Assembly: GCA_965223265.1 (NCBI GenBank)
Contig: OZ244999.1
Location: forward strand, 7,040,001-7,104,000
DNA length: 64,000 nucleotides
Reading direction: 5' to 3'
From: Planctomycetota bacterium
GTDB lineage: Bacteria > Planctomycetota > UBA8108 > SXIK01
Positions within the stretch are counted from its first letter, which is position 1. The number at the start of each line of letters is the position of its first letter. Shown in pieces: positions 1 to 10,042 of this stretch. Position numbers and translations under genes: made by a program. The notes under the pieces were generated by a model, which saw only the letters and a list, made by a program, of their open reading frames with translations, was not told the DNA's origin and searched no databases.

Positions 1-1100
1 CCTTCGTCAGCTTCGACGACTCGGATTCACGGCTCCAAGTCGCCGCATTTCTGAAAGGCAATGTGGAGGACCAACACCTCACTTTGTCGCTGCTTCTCGA
101 TCGCGACAGTCCCGTCGCCGAGCTGATCCCACCACTTCGCAAGGTTGCCTGCAACCGTGGTCTTGGGCTCCCGCCTGAGGTCACCCTCACCGCCGCGCTC
201 ACTCTCGTAGCGTGGGACGTCCCGAGCGCGCTTCAGGAGTTGCTCGCCGGACTACAAGACCCTGAACGGGACTGGCTGTACGAGCCGGTCTACCGTAGCC
301 GTCCGGAATTCGTTCGGAGGGAACTCGACAGGCATGCGCAGTCGACGTTAGTGGTCTCGGACGAAGTCGGACTTCTCGAGGAGTTCGCACGACCCGAAGT
401 GGTCGCCACGCTCTTCGAAGTGATGGCAAGCCTCGGCCCTGGTGCGCAGGATGCTTTCGAAGTCCTTAAGAATCTCTACGACGATCAACTCGCCGCCGCC
501 GCACCAGCTCTCGCGGCATCGTGGTCGAGGTTTCCGGATCATCCCTCCGCCTGGGTTCCCATGATCGACGTTCTCATCGGCGCCGCCCACCCGGAGCTCG
601 ACGCCATTCTCGTCGGTGTCCTTGAGCGCGACCGACGACCCCTACTTCCCTCGGCGCTTCTCAATGCCCTCCTCGTCGCGGGGAGACGCATCCAAGGCAA
701 CCGAGCAGTGTCGGCGCTCGAAAGCATCTCGAACGCGACGCTCACCGTCAGCCAGGACGTCATCGACGATCGAGAGTGGTGGCGCGAGTCGTACCCAGGG
801 CAATTGATCAACAATCCCGTCTACGCCATCATCGGCGGTGCCGCGCCGTTCGAGCTCGACTGCGCACTTGCCGCCTCAATTCTTCTCGTGCGCTGGGAAA
901 CTCCGGGTGCCGCCGAGCGTTTGGCAGAGCGACTGCGGCAGCCTGGGAATACCTGGCTGTTCGACTCCATCGCCGCGTACGTGCCGCAGTCGTTCGACCG
1001 CCATCTCCGCGCGCTTGCGCGCGAGCAGCCCGAGCGCTACGCGGAGCGTGTCGAGCAGCTCATCGGCGGTCGGGATAGCGACGGGGACCAGAGAGAATAG
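1..1100 (+). CDS. Hypothetical helical (possibly HEAT-like) protein, 5'-truncated by the window
   Basis: The reading frame of ORF 63..1100 is open back to position 3 (FVSFDDSDSRLQVAAFLKGN-V), so the true start is probably upstream. Leu/Ala/Glu/Arg-rich; no motif recognised. Confidence 0.7.
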   Translation, partial: FVSFDDSDSRLQVAAFLKGNVEDQHLTLSLLLDRDSPVAELIPPLRKVACNRGLGLPPEVTLTAALTLVAWDVPSALQELLAGLQDPERDWLYEPVYRSRPEFVRRELDRHAQSTLVVSDEVGLLEEFARPEVVATLFEVMASLGPGAQDAFEVLKNLYDDQLAAAAPALAASWSRFPDHPSAWVPMIDVLIGAAHPELDAILVGVLERDRRPLLPSALLNALLVAGRRIQGNRAVSALESISNATLTVSQDVIDDREWWRESYPGQLINNPVYAIIGGAAPFELDCALAASILLVRWETPGAAERLAERLRQPGNTWLFDSIAAYVPQSFDRHLRALAREQPERYAERVEQLIGGRDSDGDQRE

Positions 1101-1400
1101 AGACCCTGCCTCGCCGTTACGGCCGCCGGTCTGCAGCCAGCTTGGGACGCCGAGGGGGTTCCACAAGATCGGCTTCTTCCCAAGCAAGCAGCAAGCTGCT
1201 CCAAGGTTCGTTTCTCGTGCAGGGATTCCCTGGGGCGCTCCTGGCCTTCCCTGGTTCGGCGCGAAAACGGCCGAACTCGCGTTGGAACGCCAAAAAAAGA
1301 TGTCTCGAGCACGCGGGATCCGCGGATGAGTTCTCAGGGCGCCGCGAATGGCGCGACCGGTCCACCGACGGCAACTCTTTCCTTCCCTGGAGCAACCCAA

Positions 1401-3902
1401 ATGTCCCACGCATCGATCGTTCCGAGAGCGCTTGCTGGCACCAGCCCGCAAAAGCGGTTGTTCTGGTTCGTGTTAACATTCGCCTGCGCCGAGCTCGTTC
1501 CTGGGCAAGTCGATGCGGACGTCTTTACCTGGCGGCAAGGCGATGGTGGGATCTTCGGTGATGCCGAAAACTGGACGGGTGGCACCGGGCTGCCGACCGA
1601 GGGCCACGTGGCATTTTTCTCCCTGGGTAGCGAATACGTGGTCACGTTCCGCCTCGGGCGCCGGTCGGGAGAAACGTTTCTCGACAACGATCAGGTCACG
1701 TTTGACCTCAACGGTCACACCTACGGAACGTTCCTCCTGAGAGTCGGCCTCTCCGCCGGTCCGGGGTTTCTCACACTCGATCGGGGCGACGTGCTCGTGA
1801 GAAACCTCGCCATGGGGATCGGTGCCGGTAGCCAGGGCACGTTGACTCTGACGGGAGGCACGACGTTTGACGCCTTCGAGCGTTTAGAAATCGGTCTTGA
1901 TGGTGTGGGAACGCTGGAGATCAAAGAGGGCGGAATCGTGACGTCGCCCGGGGCGACTCTAGGGTCGAACGGCGACAGTAACGGCACCGTCACGGTCGAA
2001 GGTGCGAGCCTCAACCGCCGGCAATCGGCTTGGAACGATTCCGGCATTCTGACTGTCGGCGGGAGTGGGCGTGGCGCGCTCCGCATCAGCGACGCCGGGG
2101 TTGTGACGAGTCGCGCTACGATTCTCGGTGACTTGCCTGGCAGCAATGGATTCGCATCCGTGCGGGAGGCGCCCTCGGCGTGGTCGATGGAGCACGTCTG
2201 GGTCGGCGATGAGGGGAACGCCACGCTCATCGTTTCCGGCGGCGGGCGCGTCACGAGCGAATCTCTACTCGAAGACGACCGCGTCGGCAACCAGGTGGGA
2301 TCAGTCGGAAGCGTGTTGGTCAACGGCGTCAGCGCCGCGGGAAACCCTTCAACGTGGACGAGCACCGGCAAGCTGATCGTTGCAGTATCGGGCGGCGGAT
2401 CGTTTAGCGTCCTCGCGGGCGCTCGGGCGGAGCACGCAAGTGTGGAGATCGGCGGCGCGGGTGGAACAGGTCAGTTTCTCGTTCGTGGGGCCGACGAACT
2501 CGGCAACCCATCGACCTGGATTGTCACAGAAGCGATCGTCGGAGACGAAAGACGTGGCTCAGGTGTGCTCACGGTCGCCGGGGGTGGGCTTGCGATCACG
2601 GGCGCCGCGACGGTAGCAGAGGAGCCAGGTTCGACGGGTGACGTGATCGTCGACGGCACGGGTCCGGCGGGGCCTTCTCGCTGGATCAGCGGCAACGCCC
2701 GTCGATTGAGCGTGGGCGCGGGAGGAACGGGCTCCCTGACGATCGCCGCGGGAGGCGTTGCTGCCCACCCGGGGATGTCACTCGGCGAGCTGCAGGGGTC
2801 CTCGGGGACTGTGCTCGTAGTAGGCCAGGACGAATCGGGCAGTCCTTCCACGCTCTCGGTGACAGGCCTCGAGATCGGTCGGCAAGGAACCGGCGCGGTG
2901 ACGATCGCCGAAGGAGGTGCCCTCGTCACCGACGGCGAGGCGATCCAAGCGACAATCTTCATAGGCGAGCAAATAGGGAGCGACGGCACGCTCACCGTCG
3001 ATGGAGTCGGCTCCTCATGGACGAGCTCGATTCCCGCCTATGTCGGCGGCACCGAAAGCCAAGCGGGCGGAAACGGGTCGCTGCAAGTGACAGACGGGGC
3101 GTCTGTCAATGTCGCCGGTGAGCTCGTGGTCTGGAATGCCGGGACCGTCGAAGTGAGTGAGGCCACGGTACGCGTCGAGACGATCGATCTCTCTCAGGCC
3201 GCTCTTGGAGCACTTCAGCTGCAGGGAAGCGAACTTGCGGTCGACGCAGTCGTCGGCGATTTGACCCTCGCCGACAGCACGCTCGCTCGTCGTACCTCCC
3301 CGGGTCGCTTGGCGGTCGAAGGTGGGTACACGCAGGGCGCAACTGCGACGCTGCGGCTGCAGTTCGCGGCAACCAAACCCGGCGAGTTCGATCAGCTCAG
3401 TGTGAGCGGTGCGGCAGCTCTTGCCGGCACGCTTGAAGTAAGGCTCGCCAACTCTTTCGAGCCGCGAGCCGGAGACCACTTTGTCGTGGTCGAGGCACAG
3501 GGTGGACTGAATGGCACCTTCAACGCGATCCTTCTTCCTGAGCTTGAGGAAGGCCTGCGCTGGGAAGTCGAAGAAGGCTCGACGACGATCGCACTCATCG
3601 TCGCCGGGGGTGGCGCCTTTCAGCGTCCAGGTGACTGCAACCAAGACAGCCAGTTGGACCTCTCGGATGCCGTCTGCACGCTAGGGCACCTCTTCCAAGG
3701 TGCACCCGCGAAGCTCCCGTGCGGCGACGGCTCCGCCGACGACCCGGGAAACAGGGCGCTCCTCGACTCGAATGCCGATGGCGATCTCGACCTTTCGGAC
3801 GCGATCTTCGCGCTACTGTTTCTCTTCCACGGTGGCGAGCCTCCGGCGCTTGGCATCGAGTGTGTGGAAATTTCCGGTTGCCCGAACGCCTGCGCGGAGT
3901 GA
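1401..3902 (+). CDS. Secreted beta-strand-repeat (T5SS/PEP-CTERM-associated-type) passenger protein with C-terminal dockerin-like domain
   Basis: ATG 1401 follows GGAG and begins a signal-like N-terminus. Many Gly-rich repeats of the form (L/I)xVGxxGxGxLxIxxGGxV...GxVxVxGxxSxW. Autochaperone-like segment DQLSVSGAAALAGTLEVRL. C-terminus RPGDCNQDSQLDLSDAV...DSNADGDLDLSDAIFALLFLFHGG. ORF track start is 1326. Confidence 0.8.
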   Translation: MSHASIVPRALAGTSPQKRLFWFVLTFACAELVPGQVDADVFTWRQGDGGIFGDAENWTGGTGLPTEGHVAFFSLGSEYVVTFRLGRRSGETFLDNDQVTFDLNGHTYGTFLLRVGLSAGPGFLTLDRGDVLVRNLAMGIGAGSQGTLTLTGGTTFDAFERLEIGLDGVGTLEIKEGGIVTSPGATLGSNGDSNGTVTVEGASLNRRQSAWNDSGILTVGGSGRGALRISDAGVVTSRATILGDLPGSNGFASVREAPSAWSMEHVWVGDEGNATLIVSGGGRVTSESLLEDDRVGNQVGSVGSVLVNGVSAAGNPSTWTSTGKLIVAVSGGGSFSVLAGARAEHASVEIGGAGGTGQFLVRGADELGNPSTWIVTEAIVGDERRGSGVLTVAGGGLAITGAATVAEEPGSTGDVIVDGTGPAGPSRWISGNARRLSVGAGGTGSLTIAAGGVAAHPGMSLGELQGSSGTVLVVGQDESGSPSTLSVTGLEIGRQGTGAVTIAEGGALVTDGEAIQATIFIGEQIGSDGTLTVDGVGSSWTSSIPAYVGGTESQAGGNGSLQVTDGASVNVAGELVVWNAGTVEVSEATVRVETIDLSQAALGALQLQGSELAVDAVVGDLTLADSTLARRTSPGRLAVEGGYTQGATATLRLQFAATKPGEFDQLSVSGAAALAGTLEVRLANSFEPRAGDHFVVVEAQGGLNGTFNAILLPELEEGLRWEVEEGSTTIALIVAGGGAFQRPGDCNQDSQLDLSDAVCTLGHLFQGAPAKLPCGDGSADDPGNRALLDSNADGDLDLSDAIFALLFLFHGGEPPALGIECVEISGCPNACAE

Positions 3903-3906
3903 GGCG

Positions 3907-3950
3907 CTCGGGCGCCATGCCTGGGCGCTCTGCCCGGCATGGCGCCCGAG
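3907..3950. terminator. GC-rich hairpin between convergent genes (probable bidirectional terminator or processing stem)
   Basis: Perfect 15-bp inverted repeat CTCGGGCGCCATGCC (3907-3921) / GGCATGGCGCCCGAG (3936-3950) with a further GGGC/GCCC inner stem. No U-tract. Confidence 0.55.
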
Positions 3951-3977
3951 GCGACTCGACGCCCGAAGCGACTCGAT

Positions 3978-5585
3978 CTACTTCGGGCACCCGAGCTGTG
4001 CGAACTCACACTCCTCGGCGCTGACGTAGAGCTCGTCGCAGTCCTCGCCTGCGCACTCGCAGCCTGAGAGGAATTGACAGTTTTGGCCTGTCCAGTAGTA
4101 GCCGAGAATCATGCGGCACAGTCCGACGGGCTCGACACGCATTGGATCGCACGCATTCACGCATCCGCCGTGCGCCAGGTAGCATTCCTCGACCGAATCG
4201 AAACGATCGGCGCAGTCCTCACCGATGCACTCGCAGCCCGAAAGCTCGCGACAGCGATCGCCGTCCCAATAGACACCGAGAACCGCGTCGCACGGCCCTT
4301 CGTCGCTCTTGGCGTCCTGCGGCGCGCACTTGGGATCGCAATCTTCGAACGCTGCTTTACACTCCTCGATCGAATTGAATCCGTCGTCGCAATCGGCCCC
4401 TTCGCACGAGCAGCCCGATTGGTAGCCGCACTTCTCGCCGTCCCAGAACACGCCAACGATCGCCGCACACGGACCGACGCCACGCGCGTCCTGAGCCTCG
4501 CAGGGATCTTTGCAGATCGCGTACGACGCCTCACACTCTTCGATCGTGCGGAAGCTTTCGTCGCAGTCCTCACCCTCGCACTCGCACCCAGACTGGTAGC
4601 GACACTCGCTGCCGTCCCAAAAGATCCCGACGATGGCGTCGCAGGGACCGACGCCGACGGCGTCCTGCGCCGCGCAGTCCGGTTCGCAGTCGCCGTAGAC
4701 GGCCAGGCAGGCGTCGATCGAGTCGAAGAGCTCGTCGCAGTCCTCGCCCTCGCACTCGCACCCCGAATCAGCACGACATTGCCGCCCGTCCCAGAAAACC
4801 CCAATGATCGCCTCACAGTCGCCGACGCCCCGTGCGTCCTGCGCCGCACAAGGATCTTTGCAGTCAGCGAACGCTGCTTCGCAAGCTTCGATCGTCTCGA
4901 AACCGTCGGCACAATCGACGCCTTCGCACTCGCACCCCGACTGCTCACGGCACTGCTCGCCGTCCCAGTACACACCCAGCACCGCGTCGCACGGACCCAC
5001 ACCCACTGCGTCCTGTGCGGCGCAAGGATCTTTGCAGTCAGCGAACGCTGCTTCGCAAGCTTCGATCGTCTCGAAACCGTCGGCACAATCGATGCCTTCG
5101 CACTCGCACCCCGACTGCTCACGGCACTGCTCGCCGTCCCAGTACACACCCAGCACCGCGTCGCACGGACCCACACCCACTGCGTCCTGTGCGGCGCAAG
5201 GATCTTGTGGACACGGAGGAAACTCGCGGCACGACAAAGCCGGATGCGGATCGATTCCGCAGTCTGGATACGGCGCCGGTGGCGGCGGGCCGATCGCGAA
5301 GCAGAAGCTCAAACCGTAGATCGGATCGGCGATGTCGAAGGTACGGTCGCCGTTGGCGTTGCACGCCTCGAGGCACGGCGGTTCTTCGCCGTCGACGAAC
5401 AGATAGTGCAGCGCAAAGATGGCATCGCTTATGTCACACGGAGTGTCTGCATCGTTCGGCGTCGACGCGTTACAGTCGCTCCGAATGAACGCGGTTTCCG
5501 CGGCGACGGCCGAAGCAGAGAGCACGAAACAAACACAGGGGAACGCTACTGCGATGGCAGCAACACATGAGGGTGACCGCGTCAT
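3978..5585 (-). CDS. Secreted protein: N-terminal dockerin-like domain plus 7 tandem 8-Cys Kunitz/BPTI-like repeats
   Basis: ATG 5585 follows AAGGAA; signal peptide ends around SAVAA. FIRSDCN...DISDAIFALHYLF...CNANGDRTFDIADPI...CGIDP module, then seven ~58-aa repeats C-x10-C(GPC)-x12-C-x5-C-x-C-x4-C-x9-C-x6-C. Confidence 0.8.
   Translation of the reverse strand: MTRSPSCVAAIAVAFPCVCFVLSASAVAAETAFIRSDCNASTPNDADTPCDISDAIFALHYLFVDGEEPPCLEACNANGDRTFDIADPIYGLSFCFAIGPPPPAPYPDCGIDPHPALSCREFPPCPQDPCAAQDAVGVGPCDAVLGVYWDGEQCREQSGCECEGIDCADGFETIEACEAAFADCKDPCAAQDAVGVGPCDAVLGVYWDGEQCREQSGCECEGVDCADGFETIEACEAAFADCKDPCAAQDARGVGDCEAIIGVFWDGRQCRADSGCECEGEDCDELFDSIDACLAVYGDCEPDCAAQDAVGVGPCDAIVGIFWDGSECRYQSGCECEGEDCDESFRTIEECEASYAICKDPCEAQDARGVGPCAAIVGVFWDGEKCGYQSGCSCEGADCDDGFNSIEECKAAFEDCDPKCAPQDAKSDEGPCDAVLGVYWDGDRCRELSGCECIGEDCADRFDSVEECYLAHGGCVNACDPMRVEPVGLCRMILGYYWTGQNCQFLSGCECAGEDCDELYVSAEECEFAQLGCPK
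4849..5206. repeat. Near-perfect 174-bp tandem duplication (repeats 1 and 2 of the Cys-rich protein)
   Basis: CAAGGATCT recurs at 4849, 5023 and 5197. The encoded units differ only at EGID versus EGVD. Confidence 0.9.
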
Positions 5586-5780
5586 GGCGATTCGTTCCTT
5601 TCGGTAGCGAACGAACTCAAGTCGGCACGTCGACAATGTGCTTTGTGGACACTGTCAGACGTGACTGACAAGGCGCCGCTGTCCACGATGACTGCGCGCG
5701 ATGACTGTGCAGAACAACGGTGCACGGCCACTCTGTACGGCCACTTGTACCGCCACTGTGGACAGCGACTGAGCAGTGAG

Positions 5781-5820
5781 GGCCCGAGGGCGCGGCGTGC
5801 TTACGCCGCATCCTCGGGCC
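5781..5820. other. Intergenic 40-nt hairpin in a divergent promoter region
   Basis: GGCCCGAGG (5781-5789) / CCTCGGGCC (5812-5820) encloses GCGGCGT / ACGCCGC with a GCTT loop. Confidence 0.5.
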
Positions 5821-6056
5821 GACCTCGAACACGACCCCCAGACGAAGCCAGTGTATCACGCCCGCGGCCGGCTGGGCCAATTCGATTTTCGCATTTCGTT
5901 CGCACTCGGTGCGGCGTGGCAGGACGACAGGGAGGCGTGGTGGAAGCGTTGCGGCAGCCACAGAGCGGATTTAGAATGCGGACTAGTCTGCGGAGTCCTG
6001 CGCCGGCTGCGTACCGCAGCAGAACAGCAGCCGCGGAATGAACCCGGATCGCGCTC

Positions 6057-8528
6057 GTGTCACGCCATCGCGCCAGTTCTTGCATCCACCGCTTCCACTC
6101 CTTGAAGATGTCGAAAGCTCTTAGGCTCGTCTGCTGGGCGGGACTCACACTGGCCGCCATGGGAATCCTTGAGGTCATCCCAACTGTCGCGGCTTCCGCG
6201 AAGAGCGCAGCGAATCGCCGGCAACAGCTCGAATTCTTCGAGAATCGCATTCGCCCCGTGCTCGTCGAGAAGTGCTATGAATGCCACTCGGCTCGGGCGA
6301 AAACGCTCCAAGGGAATCTCCGACTCGACACGCGTGCGGGAGTTCTTCGCGGCGGCGACCTCGGGCCAGCCATCGTCGCGGGAAACGCTGCGGCGAGCCT
6401 TCTGATCAGAGCCCTCCGCTACGAGGATGAAGCGCTCGCGATGCCGCCGGCCGGACGCCTGCCCGAGAGCGTCATCGCCGACTTTGTACGTTGGATCAAC
6501 ATGGGCGCGCCGGATCCGCGCGATGATGCAGGACCGAACGACCACCCACCAGTCGACTTGAGCGCGGACGATCTATGGTCATTCGCACCGAACCGGGTGA
6601 GTGACCTGCCGGCGGTCAACGACGCCGCATGGGCTCGTTCGCCCATCGATCGTTTTATCCTGGCGCGGCTCGAGGCAGAGGGTCTCGCGCCTTCGCCGCC
6701 CGCATCACCACGTGAGCTCATTCGCCGCGCCACATACGATCTCATCGGCTTGCCGCCGACGCTCGACGAGATCGCCGCCTTTTTAGCAGACGAGCGTGTC
6801 GATGCCTTCGAGTGTTTAGTCGAACGCCTGCTCACGTCGCCGCACTACGGCGAACGATGGGGACGCCACTGGCTCGACGTGGCGCGATACGCCGATTCGA
6901 ACGGCGTCGATGAAAACCTCGCATTCGTGAACGCCTTTCGCTACCGCGATTACGTTATCGGTGCGTTCAATGCCGACAAACCGTTCGACCGTTTCATCCA
7001 CGAGCAGCTTGCCGGAGATCTACTGCCGGCCCCAGCGAGCGAATCGGACGCGCAGCGCTACGAACGCCTGACCGCCACTGGATTCCTTTCCATCGGTCCG
7101 AAGATGCTCGCCTGCGACGATGGTCGCAAGATGGAGCTCGATATCGTCGACGAGCAGCTCGACACGACCGCGCGCGCGTTCCTTGGGCTAACGATCGGCT
7201 GCGCTCGCTGTCACGATCACAAGTTCGACCCGATCTCTACCGCCGACTACTACTCGCTTGCAGGAATCTTCAAGTCCACCAAGACGATGGAGAACTTCAA
7301 GGTCGTCGCGCAGTGGCATGAGCACGCATTGGCGACGCCGGAAGAGCTGGCGGCGTACGAACACCACAACGAAAGGATCAAGGCGCTCGAAGCGAAAATC
7401 GAGGCGATCAACAAAGGCGACACTGAACCCCAGGCCAAGAAAGAAAAAGTCGATCGGCTGGAGGAAGAGAAGAAGAAACTCGAGGCCAGTCGCCCTGAGC
7501 TGGCGCGGGCCATGGGAGTGCGCGAAGGCAAAGTCGAAGACCTCGCAGTTCACATCCGCGGCAACTATCTGACGCTCGGCGAGAAGCGGCCACGCCAGTT
7601 CCCCGTTGCGCTTGCCGGCTCGCCGCAGCAGTCACTCCCTCAAAACGCCAGCGGCAGGCTCGAGCTTGCCCGCTGGCTGACGGCGCCGGCAAATCCACTG
7701 ACCGCGCGGGTCATCGTCAACCGACTCTGGCTCTGGCACTTCGGCGACGGACTTGTGCGCTCGCCGGACAACTTCGGTCGCCTCGGTGAGGCGCCGACCC
7801 ACCCCGAGCTTCTCGACTGGCTCGCCCGACGCTTCGTCGATGATGGCTGGTCGATGAAAGCGTTCCATCGTCTAGTGATGAACTCGGCGACTTACCGCAT
7901 GAGCACGCGCTACGCTCGGGTCGCCGACACCGCCGACCCGGAAAACCGACTCCTGTGGCGATTCCCCAGGCGTCGGCTCGGCGCCGAAGAGTTACGAGAC
8001 GCGCTCCTCATGCTCGGCGGCAGGCTCGATCGAACGTTGTACGGGCAGCTTCTCGCTCAAGCACCGCGTTCGTATGTCACGGGAACAGGGTCTAAGTCGT
8101 CGACCTACGACTTCCATCGACGCTCGATCTATTTGCCGATCTTGCGCAGCGCCGTGTATCAGATGTTCCAGGTCTTCGATTTTTCCGATCCAAGCGTCCT
8201 CAGCGGCAAGCGCGCCTCAACCACCATTGCGCCGCAGGCGTTGTTTCTTATGAACAGCCGGCTCGTCAGCCAGCAAACCGAGGCGCTCGCAAGAAGGCTC
8301 CTCGCGCTGCCGACGCCAGACGACCGCAGACGCCTTCAACACGCCTTCGAGAGCCTCTTCGCGCGCCGCGCGACAGCCAGCGAGCTTGACCGCTACGTCG
8401 ACTTCCTGCATCGTTATGAACGTGAACACGTACCGGAAGGAACACCCGATGCAGAGCGGCGACAACTTGCATGGCAGTCCCTCTGTCGCGTCCTCGTGGC
8501 GTCGAGTGAGTTCCTCTACCTTGAATAA
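6057..8528 (+). CDS. PSD1/PSCyt (DUF1549 + DUF1553) planctomycete cytochrome c domain protein
   Basis: FFENRIRPVLVEKCYECHS, PHYGERWGRHWLDVARYADS, GCARCHDHKFDPI and NPLTARVIVNRLW motifs. Start uncertain. Confidence 0.92.
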   Translation: MSRHRASSCIHRFHSLKMSKALRLVCWAGLTLAAMGILEVIPTVAASAKSAANRRQQLEFFENRIRPVLVEKCYECHSARAKTLQGNLRLDTRAGVLRGGDLGPAIVAGNAAASLLIRALRYEDEALAMPPAGRLPESVIADFVRWINMGAPDPRDDAGPNDHPPVDLSADDLWSFAPNRVSDLPAVNDAAWARSPIDRFILARLEAEGLAPSPPASPRELIRRATYDLIGLPPTLDEIAAFLADERVDAFECLVERLLTSPHYGERWGRHWLDVARYADSNGVDENLAFVNAFRYRDYVIGAFNADKPFDRFIHEQLAGDLLPAPASESDAQRYERLTATGFLSIGPKMLACDDGRKMELDIVDEQLDTTARAFLGLTIGCARCHDHKFDPISTADYYSLAGIFKSTKTMENFKVVAQWHEHALATPEELAAYEHHNERIKALEAKIEAINKGDTEPQAKKEKVDRLEEEKKKLEASRPELARAMGVREGKVEDLAVHIRGNYLTLGEKRPRQFPVALAGSPQQSLPQNASGRLELARWLTAPANPLTARVIVNRLWLWHFGDGLVRSPDNFGRLGEAPTHPELLDWLARRFVDDGWSMKAFHRLVMNSATYRMSTRYARVADTADPENRLLWRFPRRRLGAEELRDALLMLGGRLDRTLYGQLLAQAPRSYVTGTGSKSSTYDFHRRSIYLPILRSAVYQMFQVFDFSDPSVLSGKRASTTIAPQALFLMNSRLVSQQTEALARRLLALPTPDDRRRLQHAFESLFARRATASELDRYVDFLHRYEREHVPEGTPDAERRQLAWQSLCRVLVASSEFLYLE

Positions 8529-8563
8529 GCTGCTTCGACTCTTGCGCGAGATTCTTTGACACA

Positions 8564-10042
8564 ATGGCGACGCGCGCAGAAAAGTCCCAATGTTTCGATT
8601 TCGAGCCGCACCCGATGACGCGGCGCGATCTCCTCCGCCGCTCGAGCATCGGCTTCGGACACGTCGCCCTTGCGGGGTTGCTTGCAAGCACGGACCGGGA
8701 TGCCGTCGCGGCGCCGGAGGTCAAGCTAAAGCGTGACGGCGAAGAACGCCCTGGCCCCTTGACGCCGCGAGCGGCTCACCTTGCGGCCCGCGCCAGACGA
8801 GTCATCTTCATGTTCATGCACGGCGGCCCATCGCAAGTCGACACCTTCGACTACAAGCCTCGCCTGCAGCGCGATGGCGGCAAGCCGTTCCCCGGCAAGA
8901 AGCCGCGGATCGTCTCTGGCAAGACCGGAAATCTGCTCGCCTCGCCGTGGCAGTTCAAACGCTACGGCGCGTCCGGTATTCACGTCTCAGACCTGTTTCC
9001 GCACGTCGGAGCTATGGTCGACGACCTCTGCATCATTAATTCGATGCACGGCTCGAACTCGCGCCACGGCGGCGCACTGCTCGAGCTGCACACCGGATCC
9101 GACACGTTCGTGCGTCCGTCGATGGGATCGTGGATCACCTACGGTCTGGGCAGCGAGAATGAGAACCTGCCCGGGTTCATCACGATCTGCCCAACGCTCG
9201 GCCATGGCGGTGTCAACGCGTGGTCGTCGGCATTTCTGCCAGCACACTACCAGGGCACTCCGATCGGCACGTCAGCGATCAAGGCTGACGCTGCCAAGAT
9301 CCACTACATCGAGAATGATGCGTTGTCGCACCACGCGCAGCGCAGTGAACTCGATCTTCTGCGACGCACCAACCTCGATCACCTCAAGCGAACAGGACCA
9401 GACGATGCACTCGAATCACGCATCGAGTCGTTTGAGCTCGCATTTCGCATGCAGCGCGAGGTGCCGACACTACAAGACTTGAGCGGCGAGAGCGCGGCGA
9501 CGAAGAAACTCTACGGCATCGACGACCCGATCACTCGCAACTTCGGGCTCCAGTGCCTCATGGCGCGACGTTTCTGTGAGGCCGGTGTGCGGTTCGTGCA
9601 GGTGACGCACAGCTACAAGTGGGATCAACACTCAAAGTTGAGGGAGGCCCACGCTCGCAACGCGGCGGAAGTCGATCGACCGATGGCAGGCCTCCTGCGC
9701 GATCTCAAACAGCGCGGCCTGCTTCACGACACGCTCGTTCTTTGGGGTGGAGAGTTCGGCCGCACGCCCGTCGAGCAGGGCAACAAAAACGGACGCGACC
9801 ACAACCCTCACGCTGCGTCGATGTTTCTCGCTGGCGGTGGCGTTCGCGGTGGACTTCGCTACGGTAGCACCGACGACTACGGCTATTATGCGGTCGAGAA
9901 CAAGGTGCACTTCCACGACCTGCACGCGACGCTGCTCCACCTACTCGGGCTGGACCATGAGCGGCTGACCTATCGCTATGCTGGCCGCGATTTCCGGCTC
10001 ACGGATGTGCACGGCCGCGTCGTGAACGACATCATCGCCTGA
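8564..10042 (+). CDS. DUF1501 domain protein (Tat-like leader)
   Basis: TRRDLL leader; FMHGGPSQVDTFDYKP, WDQH, WGGEFGRTP, GRDHNP and HDLHATLLHLLGLDH motifs; typical partner of a PSD1 gene. Confidence 0.92.
   Translation: MATRAEKSQCFDFEPHPMTRRDLLRRSSIGFGHVALAGLLASTDRDAVAAPEVKLKRDGEERPGPLTPRAAHLAARARRVIFMFMHGGPSQVDTFDYKPRLQRDGGKPFPGKKPRIVSGKTGNLLASPWQFKRYGASGIHVSDLFPHVGAMVDDLCIINSMHGSNSRHGGALLELHTGSDTFVRPSMGSWITYGLGSENENLPGFITICPTLGHGGVNAWSSAFLPAHYQGTPIGTSAIKADAAKIHYIENDALSHHAQRSELDLLRRTNLDHLKRTGPDDALESRIESFELAFRMQREVPTLQDLSGESAATKKLYGIDDPITRNFGLQCLMARRFCEAGVRFVQVTHSYKWDQHSKLREAHARNAAEVDRPMAGLLRDLKQRGLLHDTLVLWGGEFGRTPVEQGNKNGRDHNPHAASMFLAGGGVRGGLRYGSTDDYGYYAVENKVHFHDLHATLLHLLGLDHERLTYRYAGRDFRLTDVHGRVVNDIIA

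Noticed and set aside
4074-5570. Long antisense ORFs (also 31546..32832, 38082..39350, 11042..11974 and others)
   Set aside because: Shadow frames of well-supported genes in GC-rich DNA, with no motifs or RBS.
5640-5770. DnaA-box cluster / oriC (TGTGGACA-like words, GCCAC direct repeats)
   Set aside because: The matches have two or more mismatches to TTATCCACA, and there is no AT-rich unwinding element or dnaA/dnaN context.
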